Below are positions 11,440-27,749 of a DNA stretch of 64,000 nt, in pieces (positions within the stretch are counted from its first letter, which is position 1; each line of letters starts with the position of its first letter). The position numbers and the translations under genes are program-made. This stretch comes from Sminthopsis crassicaudata. Taxonomy: Eukaryota. Location of the stretch: contig NC_133619.1 in assembly GCF_048593235.1 (NCBI RefSeq), positions 638,640,558 through 638,704,557 of the forward strand. The letters run 5' to 3'. The notes beneath the pieces are model-generated. The model did no database searches and was not told where the DNA came from. It worked only from the letters and a program-made list of their open reading frames with translations.

Positions 11440-14400
11440 TCAGGAGCTCCCCCGGCGGGCCTCCGCCTCCCGGAGCCAGGCCCCGAGCTGCTGGGCGATC
11501 TTCTGTCAGGGAGGAGAGAGCGCTGGAACCCAGCCCCGCCGCCACCGTTCCTGCCCTCCGGATTTAGAGACAGGAGGGGCTGAGGGGCCCCCCGCTCACC
11601 TGGCGCCCCCGGAGGAGGCTGGGCGGATCCGAGGGCCCGGCCGGGGCCATGTCGGCGCAGTGGGACGTGCCCCTCAGGAGCACGGCCGGCTCGGAGGGCC
11701 CCGGGGCCCGGAGCACGCCCAGCACGTGCCAGGGATCAATGTCACCTGGCGGCGGAAGGGAGATGCTGAGGGGGGCACTTGGGATGGTCCGGGAGTGAGG
11801 CTCTCTGGGAAGCTCACACAGCCCTTACCATTGACAAAGAACACACGGGTAGCCCCGGGGCTCTGGCCCCCATAGTAGGTGTTGGTCCGGGTCACGGCTT
11901 CGGCCACGGAGGCCGGCGAGAGCCCGAACACCTGGGCGCACAGCTGAAGCTGGGCAGGGAGCGCACTGCGCCTGGAGAAGGGGCAGCTGGGGTCCTCACA
12001 GGTGATATCTAACAGGGCAAAGGGGGGATCTCAGAGCCCCGCGGCAAACGTTCACGGGCTCGGAGGTGGGGGCCCACGGGGGCCTGCACAGGCTGAGACA
12101 CGGGCAGAGCGGCCCCACGTGGCCCAAGCAGAAGGGATGTTACAGAGGCAGGTCTGGCCTGGAGGTGGGTGACCAGGGCTGGGGGGGCGGCTCGGGTTCT
12201 TGTTTGGGCGGGAGGTTCTGCCGTGGGACCCCTTGGCATGCTCCCCGGGGGTGTCCAGGGGCCCAAGCACAGACCCGGCGGCGGGAGCTTCCTGGGCGGG
12301 GAGGGGGCCTGTACGGCAGAATGTGCGGCCGAGCCGGAGGTGGACGAGGAGGGATTGGGTCTGGCCTGGGCACCCTGGGCTTCCCCGCAGCAGGGGACGT
12401 CACTCACAGTATCCGAACTCTGTGCACGTCTGATAGAACCACTGCCTGTCGCTGCGGCCTGCCCAGGGCTTGGGGTCCCTCAGGGCGGCCACGGCAGCGG
12501 CCCTGGAGCTGGGCAGGCAGGGGAGGCCCAGAGTCCGCAGCACGAGCTACGGCGAAGCAGACCCCAGTCTCAGGGAGGAAGCTGGGGTCCCTCCCTCAGG
12601 GCCCCGGGGGCAGGACCGGCCCTCACCTGGATGGCATCCCGGAGCCCCGACAGGGCCCCCCCGCTCTGGTTGGCCAGGATGAGGTGGCAGAGGCCTCGCA
12701 CGTCCAGGGGGGCTCCGGCCTGCTGGTCATACTGCACGGCTGCCCCCACCAGCTCTTCCAGCTGCTCCAGGAGCTCGGCCTGGTCCTCGGGGGCCTCCAG
12801 GGCTCCACAGGCCCTCACCGCCGACTGCAAGGCGGCCCGAGCCTCCTCGCCCTCAGACAGGCCGCGGTCCAGCTCGGAGAAGGCCTCGGCCACGGCCCTC
12901 CGGCACTACCAGGAGGGAGCTTGGTCGCGCGCCTTCCTCCCTCCTCCCCCCACACAATGCCAGGCCCTGCCCGCCTTTCCCCTCAGCTGCCCGCAGCTAT
13001 GGACACCTGGGACAGCGGGAACCAGCCGCCCCGGGCCTAGAGCTGGTCTCTCCCCCCTGTCCCCAATGGCACGGAGGCCGGGAAATGCTTCTGCCAGTCA
13101 CACAGGTCACAAACCGCGAGTCCAGGAAGCTAACCTCCACCTCTGGAGGAGGCGGCAGAGCCCAGAGAAGGGGAGAGCTCAGGATCATGCAGGAAGAGAC
13201 CAGAACCGGGCCTTCTGGGTCCTTCCTGAATCCGCGGTCCCCTCTCCGTGCGGGGCCCTCCCTGGTCAGTCGTCGCTCCCCAAAGGGAGCAGAAAGGCCA
13301 GGATCAGAAGGGCCTCCCTTCAGGCGAGGACTGACTCCCCTCGGGGACCCTCTAGGGGTCCCCAGCAGGCTTTCAGCCCGTTCCTTCCCCCAGGACCACC
13401 CTGCCAAATGCTGCTCCAGGATAACCAGCCCCACCCTGAGGCCCCAGCCTCAAATCCCCGTGGCCCCTAGAGAGTACCTTAGGGGATCCACCCACTGTGG
13501 GGTCCTCCAGGCTCCTGGACACGCCCTGGGGGGAAGGCAGGACTCCAGATCTGGCCCTCCCCCCCCCCCCAGTCCCGGCTCCCTGCCCGCTCTGCAGCGA
13601 GGTCTCCTTACCACATTGTAGCCGGAGAAGTCCAGCTGGGCCTGCACAGGAGCCGAGGACGCCACGGCTGCCCAGATGAGGTGGGGGAACTAGGAAGGGG
13701 GAGAGCGGCTCGTGAGCGCTCGGGATGCCCCAAGATGGGTAGTGCCTGCTGAGGAGGCCGGCCTGGCTGATTTCCCCTAGCCTCAGCCCCCGCCTCTCCC
13801 TCCCTTAACCGCCCACCCCCCAACATGGGCTAGAGGGGGAGGATCCCGAACCTTCAGCCGGGCCCAGGCAGCCAAGGACCCGGCGTAGGAACCGCCGAAG
13901 CTGACCCATGGACTGGAGGCCGAGACATTGAAGATCCAAGAGAGATGGACGCGGGCGGAGGCCACGTCGGCCAGCCTGGGGTGGGGGGGAGACAGGGGGT
14001 AAAGAGGGATGGAGAAGTGCCACAGTGCCACGGACAGCAGTCGGACTGATCTGCAGGCCCGAGAAGGACCAAGGTTCTCCACACCCTGGGGGAGTCCTCC
14101 ACACCCCAGTTCTGAGGCTGGCTAGCTACCTGACCTTCAGTTTCCTCCTCCTCCTCCTCCATAAAATGAAGAGATTGCACTCAATGGTCCCTGAGTTCTC
14201 CTGCTCTAACCTATGACCATAATTATCATCCCTTGTCCCTGGGAGAAAGAGATGCAAAGAAACCCAGAGAGGCTGAGAACAAATGCCCCCCCCGGGGGGC
14301 CCCCTCTCCCAGCCATTTGGAAGGCCCAGGTGAATTAGGATCCTTGGTACGGAGGAAGAAGGGGCCCAGGTAGATCCTCAGAGGGAGGGAGACAGAGCCC

Positions 14401-15739
14401 CGGCTCTCCCTCTGCCCCCTCCGACATACTCACGCATGACGGCTGGACAGGAAGCGCAGCTGCGCCAGGCCCAGTCCTCCTGGGGGGACGCTGCGGCCGT
14501 AAAACCGGTGCTCCAGAGATACCACCAGGGCCCCCCACTGGGGGGCCAGGGTCCCGGGGTGGCCTGAGGGAGGGAACAGATGGAAGGGGCCACCCCCGGG
14601 CCCGATACCTGTCCACAGGCCTCCGGCCCAGCCAGTGTGGGTGACCCTCCTCGGCCTGAGGGACCCCGGGATGGGGAGCTTCCCACCCCACGGCTCGGGG
14701 CACCCCTCACCAAGCCTCGCCCCTTCTCGGGGCCCACGGGCTCCCATCCGTAGCCTTCCATACCTTTAAGCACAGAGCTCGGCCCGAGGGGGCCTTCGCC
14801 CCCAATGTGCAGGAACACGGGGCCGTCTGGGACCCTCCAGTGCCCGGCGTTCACCCAGTATCTCTGAGCAGGAAATTGGGACGGGGACGACGATGTCACT
14901 GATCAACCCTCGTGCCCCCCCCCATCACTCCTGATTCAACTACAGCCTCCAGCCCTAACCTCCCCCACGGGTCCCGGCCTTTGGTGCTCCTGCTCCCCTA
15001 GGTGACGAGGGATTGGGGAGCCAGGGAGTCCCCAGCAGGCCAGCTCGTCACCAGGAGGCGGACAGTCCCAGGCCGGCCTGAGAAGGGAAATCCGTCTGGA
15101 CGGGGAGCGGGTCAGACAAGCATATCTTATCCGAGAACAACTTGGGGATGTCCCTGAGTGGGCTGGGACAGTCCAAGATTTGTGGGGGAGAAAACTTTGG
15201 GTCTTGAAGGTTTCTTTAGGCAGAAAATATGGGGTCCAGCAAGAAAAGTTAGGAGAGATTTCAGGGCCTGGGGACCGGGATATGTGTGGGGGAAGGATTT
15301 GCACCCCAGCACGTATCTGGGTCCAGGCCCGGGCTGAGGGGTGGGCCTGGTCTGGGAGGGAAGCTAAATTCTGGGCAAGGGTTGTTCTGAGATGAGGAAA
15401 GGTCCCTAGGTGGGTCTGGGGGAGAGGCCCAGGAGCTGACCTGGAGGAAGGAGCGCCGGTCGGAGCTGTTAAAAGGATCCAGGGGCTGCCAGAGCCAGCC
15501 TTCCCTCGCCGCACTCGGCTCCCCCAGCTCAGCCCGCACTTCTTGGACATGCTCCCTAACCCGGCTCAAGAGGGACCCTGGGAAAGAGCGAGAGGAAAAG
15601 CGGAGCTCAGCCTGGGGATCCAGGGCCCTCCGCCGTCCCCCCGGTCCTCGGTGAAGGGGGGGGACACACCTGCAGTGGAGAGCCCCCAGAGGGACCCCAA
15701 GAGGAGCGGACCCAGCAGCAGCGCGGCAGCAGGAGCCAT
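11440..15739 (-). CDS. PRSS16: Thymus-specific serine protease (peptidase S28), 497 aa: complement(join(11440..11502,11600..11745,11829..12008,12408..12546,12627..12905,13478..13525,13612..13689,13852..13975,14434..14563,14764..14863,15441..15577,15670..15739))
   Basis: 12 GT-AG exons give a continuous 1494-nt frame. Signal peptide MAPAAALLLGPLLLGSLWGLSTA; motifs QPLDPFNSSDRRSFLQRYWVN, FLHIGGEG, LEHRFYG, SFGGSYAGSLAAWARLKFPHLI (catalytic Ser), DRQWFYQTCTEFGY, VNGDIDPWH (Asp), SHCADM (His). Exon sizes 70/100/130/124/78/48/146 match human PRSS16 as recalled. Confidence 0.93.
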
Positions 15740-15783
15740 GGCTCAGGAAAGGAGGGGATGGTCTGGAAGTTCCCTTGGGGACC

Positions 15784-15823
15784 CTTATAATACCACCCCA
15801 CGCCCCCAGCCTGGACAAGCGTC
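15784..15823 (-). promoter_or_regulatory. PRSS16 core promoter: TATA-like TATAAG plus GACGC (FOXN1-type) motif
   Basis: cttata at 15784-15789 (TATAAG on -), ~45 nt upstream of the ATG; gcgtc at 15819-15823. Confidence 0.5.
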
Positions 15824-16694
15824 TTTAGGAACAGCCCAAGCTCACCAGGAATGCCCCAAAGCCCAGCGGGAGCCTGCCCAGACATCTGCAGCCCCCCACC
15901 ATTCCCTTCTCAGGTTACTCCCCCAAACGCAGGCTCTCCTTCCTCTGGTCCCATGTCTCTCAGTACTACGGATGTAGAATCATAGATTTAGAGCAGGAAA
16001 AGATTTTAACAGCTATCCCCTTCCCCATTTTACAAAAGAGGGAAACTGAGTCAGGAAAATAACAGGATTTGTTCAATAAACAGACTGAGGTAGAGTCAAG
16101 AATCCAAGCCAGGTCAGGTAGAAGGCGGCGTCTGAATGGTCTCTGGAAGGAACCCAAGGTGAGGAAGGGCCCCCCAGACCAGGATGGCTGCACCCTAAAA
16201 TGCAGGAGCCAGGGGGGACCCCAGAGCTACGGGCAGGGACTCAATGGCGTGACTCGGGATTGGCCTTTGGCAGCTGAGCCACGGGGGATTGGGCTGGAGA
16301 TTCCCGGGGCATGGAACAAGTGGGGAGAAAGGAGACGGCCCCAAGCCCCTTCTGTCCCCGCCTCTAGAGCTCCCTCGGTCTCTCCCTTGTCCCCCATTCC
16401 GTGCCCCCTGCCTCCCCAGGCTCTGGCCCTGGCCCTGTGTTCCAGGGAAAAGCAAGGCCTCCCAGGTGAAGATTATCGCTCCTGGTTGGGGGCCGCGGGC
16501 ACCTGCCCCGGCTTGCCACCCTAGAACACAGACTGGGGAGAGGGGGGAGAAAGCTGCCTGCCCTGGGACCCCGCCCACGGCTGCCCCATAACCCAGAAGG
16601 CCCCTGGGGAGCCCAGCGTTTCCAGAGGGAGTCTGGCTCAGCAGGGGAGGGGGAGGCCCTCAGCTTGGCCCCGTCCCCCCTGCTCCCCCCACTC

Positions 16695-16771
16695 CATCTG
16701 TCCCAGGGATTAGGTGGATTAAGGCCTCAATTAATCTACCCCCCTCCCTCTCAGAGAGGGGGAGGAGCGTC
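16695..16771. promoter_or_regulatory. Candidate enhancer: E-box plus three K50-homeodomain sites
   Basis: CATCTG 16695-16700, GGGATTAG 16706-16713, GGATTAA 16716-16722, TTAATCT 16731-16737, GCGTC 16767-16771. Confidence 0.45.
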
Positions 16772-19391
16772 CTCTGTGACCCAAGCCTGGGACTCAGCCT
16801 GTGACCACCGCGGCCTGGCGCAGCGGACTCGGTCCACAGAAGCCTTGGTGCACTCTCTGTTCCTCAGTTTCCCCAAATATAAAGCTTCCAAGGCGCCTTC
16901 TAGTTCCGGGTCATGTCCCCTCAGACCCAGAGGGAAACTCCCCAGAGCCGTGACCTCTCACTTCAACGAGGGCCTTGGCCCACCCGGGCTTTGGCCACCT
17001 CCCAACCTCCCCCGCTTCATTGGGCGCCATGGGGGTGCAGGCGGGAGGAAGACAAGAAAACCCTTAACAGAGCCCCAGAACAGCAAATGGAGGTGAGGGG
17101 AGCAGGCGCAGAAAAGTCCTGGCCCGGGCCAAGTCTGTGACCAGCTTGGGAAGTCCAGGCGGCCCAGAGGGAGCCCCGGGGGTCTCTCCGGACCACCCTT
17201 TTGGGGCGGTTTTCCTGCAGTCACTGCAGCAGCTCCACACGTTCTTTCAAGAGGAGCGCTGTCCCCATTTCCCACTGGGCTCAGCCGCCCATCCTCCCCC
17301 AAATCCCCTCCAACCTGCTGAGCAGGCCCCAGGGACGGGCCAGGCTAAGAGGATTGGAGCTGGTGCTTGCAAAATTAGATCGGGGAGGGAGGGAGGGAGT
17401 CTGGGCTGCTCTGTGGCCCGGGCCAACCTGGCTGCACATGGCAGGGGGCCGGGACCGCGGATGCAGAAATGGGAGGCACAGAAACAGGACTGGGGGCGGG
17501 GGAGCATGAGGGTAAATGGGGATGGAAAAGCACAGAAACAGGGCAGGGAGACAGCCATGGCCTCAGGGCTCCGGCCACCGCCCCCACCCAAGGCCCTTTT
17601 CCTTCAGTCTTCCAAGAAATCAGATGCTCACAGGTCAGGTGCTGTTTTGCTTGTTTTTATTGAAATGGATAAAATTCAGGGGAAGGGTCTTCTCACTATA
17701 TACTCAATTATCTAGCTGGTAAGAATGGGGGGGGGTTACTTTGTGAGGAAGAGTGGGATTCTGGGAACGAATAGGTGAGAGCATGCTGCCGGGTCTGGAC
17801 TCCCCAGATCCCCAAGGAAGGGTCCGTGAGAAGGGCTAACTTGGAAAAAGGTGGGACCTTGCCGACTCCTTTCACAAATGGCTCCTAGGGAACCATTTAC
17901 ACTCTTGGGGACATAAGCTGGAAGGAAACTTTGAGGTCTGCCTCAACCCATTCTACAGCTGAGTAAACCGAGCGTCCCAGCTCCTTCCAGTGCTCCCACA
18001 CCGGTCTCCTGGATGCTCCTTGCTCCCCCACCCAGGCTTCCTCTGGGGCCTAGCTAAAATCTCGCTTTCTACAGGAACCCCTTTTTCCTAGTGACCTCCT
18101 TCTGTTTGTGAATCGTGGTTCGCCGCCGTTTCCCCCATCGAGGGAGGGCAGGGCTAGTTTGGGCTTCTTTGTAAGTGTGCCTCCTCCTGGCACATCATTC
18201 GACCTGACTCTTTGTGACCCCATTCAGGGTTTTCTCAGCAAAGAGGCTTTGCCATTTCCCTCTCCAGCTCATTTTACAGATGAGGAAACTGAGGCAAACG
18301 GGGCTAAGTGACTCGCCCCAGAGTCAGAGGCTAAATTCGTAGCTCTCTGACCACAGGCCCAGCGCTCTCCACTGAGCCACCCAGCCTAACCTGCTTAATC
18401 CGGTCAGGGACCACATCTTGGGCAAACCTCCCATGGCACAGAAGCCGGGTCCTTGTTCCGCACACAGCCAATGGGAGAATGAAGATGAGCAGTAAGGTCC
18501 GAGACCCCCCCCCCAGCACTCTGGCTACCACAGGTTCCCTTTCCCCAATCCCAAAATGCACTTGCGGACGCCCTCTGAGCAGAAGAATCATGAACTTAGC
18601 AGACAATTCTCCAAGCGGGATGGCTAGAGCCCTGGCCCTGGAGCCAGGAGGGCAAGTCCAAATGAGACTGTGGCGCTGGGCAAGTCACTGAAGCCTCCAA
18701 GAAACAGACAAAAACCGGCTTTGGCCAAGGGAGGCGCGCTGGGTCTGTGGACCCATCAGTGTGGGGAATGAGGCCCAGCTGGCCTGAGCCCCCCAGTTCT
18801 TGGACCCCTACAGGCCGTCGGAGGCGATTCTTCCTGCTAGGGCTGCCCAGCTTTGGGGAGTTTCTAGGCCTTTTGGCAGGTTGGGAAGATTGCCGTGAGG
18901 GAGTCCACCTGCCCAGAGTCCGCCAGGCTTGTTTTCCTTCGGCATCCTCATTTCTCGCCCTTCTGCCACGTCAGAGGACAGTGCCCTCGGCCACGTGCCG
19001 TCAGGGGGGCAGCCTGGATCCCAAACACAACATGTCTTCCACTGCCCCGCCGGGAAGAAGTTGCCAACGTCCCAGGAAAACCGAGTCCTTTCCTGCTTGG
19101 CCGGGGGGGCTTGGAGCTGGTCAGCTCAGTCCTTGGGGGGCAGACCCCCTTACTTTCGAACTTTCGTTCCAAATGTAGAAGAGACCCGAGGCGAGAGTTA
19201 AAACCAAGTTCCTCGTCTCCGGCCCGAACCACTCAGACCTTTTGCTTCCATTATAAGCTAGTAGTGACCTTGGAGGTCATCGTCCCCCGAAAAAATTACA
19301 GGGAGAGCTAGAAAGAGAACTGTTTAAGGTTACGAAGGTGACAAATGGGCAGGACCCGGAATCCAAATGTGAGAATGTGAGGTTTTCCTTT

Positions 19392-19397
19392 TTTATT
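19392..19397 (-). terminator. Proximal CRX polyadenylation signal (a distal candidate lies at 17656-17661)
   Basis: TTTATT on + strand ~70 nt past the CRX stop; second TTTATT ~1.8 kb downstream. Confidence 0.5.
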
Positions 19398-19467
19398 ATT
19401 TGCTGGTGCAGAAGAGGGAATCGATGTAGTAGGGAGCAGGGATGGACTTGGCGCTCCCTTCCCCCAT

Positions 19468-24701
<5,234 letters not shown>

Positions 24702-25526
24702 GCTCCCGGGACCGGGGACCCAGGGGTCCAGGCTGAAAGGGTGGTGGGAGTGGCCAGTCAGGGCTGCAGTAAAGCAGCCACCTCCAAGCAATCAAGGAGA
24801 GTGTAGCGACAAGGACCGGCAGAGCCCCTCCCTCAGGAAAAAGGTCTGGGGATGGCCAAGTACTTCAGGGCTCTCCCAGAGACGCAGGGAGGCAGAGGAG
24901 GGCCGGGGGCTCAGAAAGCTGCGCGCAAAGGGAGAGATTCTGCCAGAGAACCCGGGAGAGTGAGAGACATGCGGTGGCAAGAGCGTGTGGGGGCCCACCT
25001 GGAAGAGAGAAGACAAGGTGGGAACTCAGACTGAGGAGGCTGGCAGGGAGCGCTCTCCAGGACTACAACGGAGACTAGTTTGCAGAGGGAGATTTAAATA
25101 CAATTACTGAGGGATGGGCAGGGCCACGACCTCCGCTGCCCCACCCAGCTTTGGCCCGAGGGCTAGGAGGGAGCGACCCCCGCGGGCGTCCCTTTACGTC
25201 CACCTACAAGAGGGCAACACCAAGTAGTCCCTGCCCTCGAGAAGCTTGCGTCCCTGCCAGGGCGCGGGCCCAGGGGCCTCGCCACCATTTCTGTCTTGGT
25301 CTCGGCCCCTCTCCCTGCGATCTGACCCCCCCTTCCTGCAGGCTGGGACCCTTCCCCCCCCCCCCCCGGCTTTTTTCTGGTCTATCTCCGCTTTGTCCAT
25401 CCCTGTATCCCTCCGCCGGCTTCCCCCTCTGCGTCTCCTCAGCCCGTCTCTCCCCCAGCCCAGCCCGGTTGCCGGGCCGTTTAATCTCCGGACTCCCGGT
25501 GTCCCCTCCCGGAGCTGGCTGCTCAC

Positions 25527-25625
25527 CTGTTTAGCGGCCAGACTAGTTCAAGGGCCTCTGAGGCAGGGCAAGGGACCAGCTCCGACGGTCACTTGGGAGC
25601 TGGAGGGCGGAAAGCTGTGGCCACT
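25527..25625 (-). other. Probable non-coding first exon of CRX (intron 24733-25526; next exon begins at 24732)
   Basis: Donor CAG|GTGAGC at 25527/25526. Contains gtctggccgct, similar to the human CRX 5'UTR as recalled. Acceptor cctttcag| 31 nt before the ATG. The 5' end is estimated. Confidence 0.55.
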
Positions 25626-25629
25626 CAGG

Positions 25630-27100
25630 CCCCGGGGATTTTAAGCCCGGTCTCGGAGTGATGTCACCCCAGCCTGGCCTGGATCCTGGGCCCTAATCCC
25701 GGGGAAGGCCGCCTCTCCCTGGCACCAGGAGGTGACATTGGGAAGGGGGGAGGGGGTGGAGAAACCAGCCGGTCCCTAATCCCCTCCCTTCCCCCAACAT
25801 TGACCTGGCAATCGGGGTGAGGGGAAGGGAGAGCCCTGGGGGAGGGGGCGCGGAATCCAGCCCCCTGGCCTCGAGCTGGCTAAGTCTGCCCCAGCGACCC
25901 TCCCCGTCTCCAGTCCCAGTGCTCAGCCACACTTCCAGGCACTCTGCTTGAAAGGAACGGAGCACAATAGGTGCTTAATAAATGCTTGTCACCCGGCTTT
26001 TGTGCCTTTTGTCTTCAGACTGGCGTAGGTTTCCACGTACTTAGGTTTCTGGGCCTCCCGGCTCCAGTGGCCCGGGACCAGCTGTCAAATTGTTACACCT
26101 AAGTCCCAGGTCCTCCTCCCTCCTTCCGGCCCTTCCCCCGGAGCCCCAGCATAAAATTCAAACTCTGGCTTTTCAGGCCGATTAGCAACAAGAACTTAGC
26201 AATTACAGAATTTGTCATGTTTGCAAAGCACTTCACACGTCGGATCCCGGTCCGTGGACTGAGAGACGGACGCCATGATTCTCTGCCTTTTACAGATGAG
26301 CAACAGAGCAGGATCCCACGGCCACCAAGTCGGGGGCTGGCGCAGGATTCGAACCCCTGATCCTGGGGGGGAGACACCTAACCGTCCAAAGGACAGATAA
26401 TTCCCCCTCTCGGTGACCTGGGATGCATCTGTGCATCTTCCTTCCTCCCCAGTTCCTCCCCCCAGCGCCGGCCTTACCTCCACCTGTGAGGATTCCTCTG
26501 CAGCTTCAGCTGGGCCACTACCTCTTTAATAGTCCCTCCGAGTCCCCTCCCCCTTTTAATGACGCTGCCTGGGCCTGGGTCTTTATTCTGTCCATGCCCC
26601 ACTCTGCACCAGTCCCTGGGAATGGGGGTTGTCGCTTTTGTCATTAGCCACATCCATGTCTAACCCAGTCCCTGAGTTGGACAGAATATTTAAGAGTGGT
26701 CACTGGTCCAAGGCCCAGCAGGTGAGTGACCGACGTGAGATTTGGAACAGGCCTTCTAAACAGCAATCACTCTTAAAAAAAAAAAAAAATTAAAGTATAT
26801 ATGTATACATAGAAGTATGTATGTATGTGTGTGTGTATCAGTCACTCTCCGTGCCTTTCCTAAAGCCACGCGAGATTTGGGGGTCTGCCCAGCCTCCCTC
26901 CTGCCTCACTGGCCCCGACCTGGGCTGTGAGCCTGGGGATTAGGGGCAGCCAGCACAAGCTCTGGGGAAACTGGGACCTCATTAGCCGGGGACCAGGGAG
27001 GGGGTGGGAATAGGCCAGGACGGAGCATGCTTGGCCAAAGAGGGACCCGTTGCTTCTTAATTGGAAAATCCTTTCTTGGAATAGAAGGGAGATTAGGGCC
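25630..27100 (-). promoter_or_regulatory. CRX promoter/proximal upstream region with repeated OTX/CRX (TAATCC/TAAGCC) sites
   Basis: TAAGCC 25642-25647, TAATCC 25694-25699 and 25777-25782, GATTAG ~26180, GGATTAG ~26938, GATTAG ~27090; CAGCTG E-box with TGTCA at ~26080. Confidence 0.55.
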
Positions 27101-27749
27101 CAGGATAGAAATAGGAGGAACAAGGAGGCACACTCCCCCTCCCCCCATGACCGTCCCGGGGCCCTTTGAGGGCGTTCTGGCAGGGCCCAGACCCCCTCTC
27201 CTAGACCAGGAGGGCTGTGGGATCACTTGGGGAGTCGCCGGGGATGGGCACTGTCTTACTTTTTTAGCCCAGTGCCTGGCACATAGTAGGCACTTAATAA
27301 ATGTGTCTCAATTGATGCGTCCCCGAGGGGAAGATGAGGTGGCCAAAGTGTGGGAAGAACAAAATCATATGTCTAGAATTGGGAGAGACCCTGGAGCCTT
27401 CACTGTCTGGTGGCAGGGTATGTTAACAGGTTTATTATGTATTACTGTACTCCCATATCCAGAGGGACCTTCCATAAACAATTTAATTCAGAAAAATTTG
27501 GAGATAACAAAAAAGGAGGCAAAAAATAGTTCCTGCCTTTAAGGAGCTTACAATCTAATGGAAAACACAACAGGCAAACAAAAATATACAAACAGGCTAA
27601 ATAAAATCAGGAGGGCTCATCTTCCTAAGTTCAAATCTAGCTTCAGACACTTAGTAGCTATGGGATACAAACAGGCTAAATAAAAGTTATCAGAAAAGGG
27701 CCTTGGGAATGAAGAATGGGAAAGGCCTCCTGTAGAAGGAGGAATATTC

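Noticed and set aside
12066-13470. 324-aa and 433-aa plus-strand ORFs
   Set aside because: Antisense to PRSS16 exons in very GC-rich DNA; low-complexity Pro/Gly/Ala/Arg products
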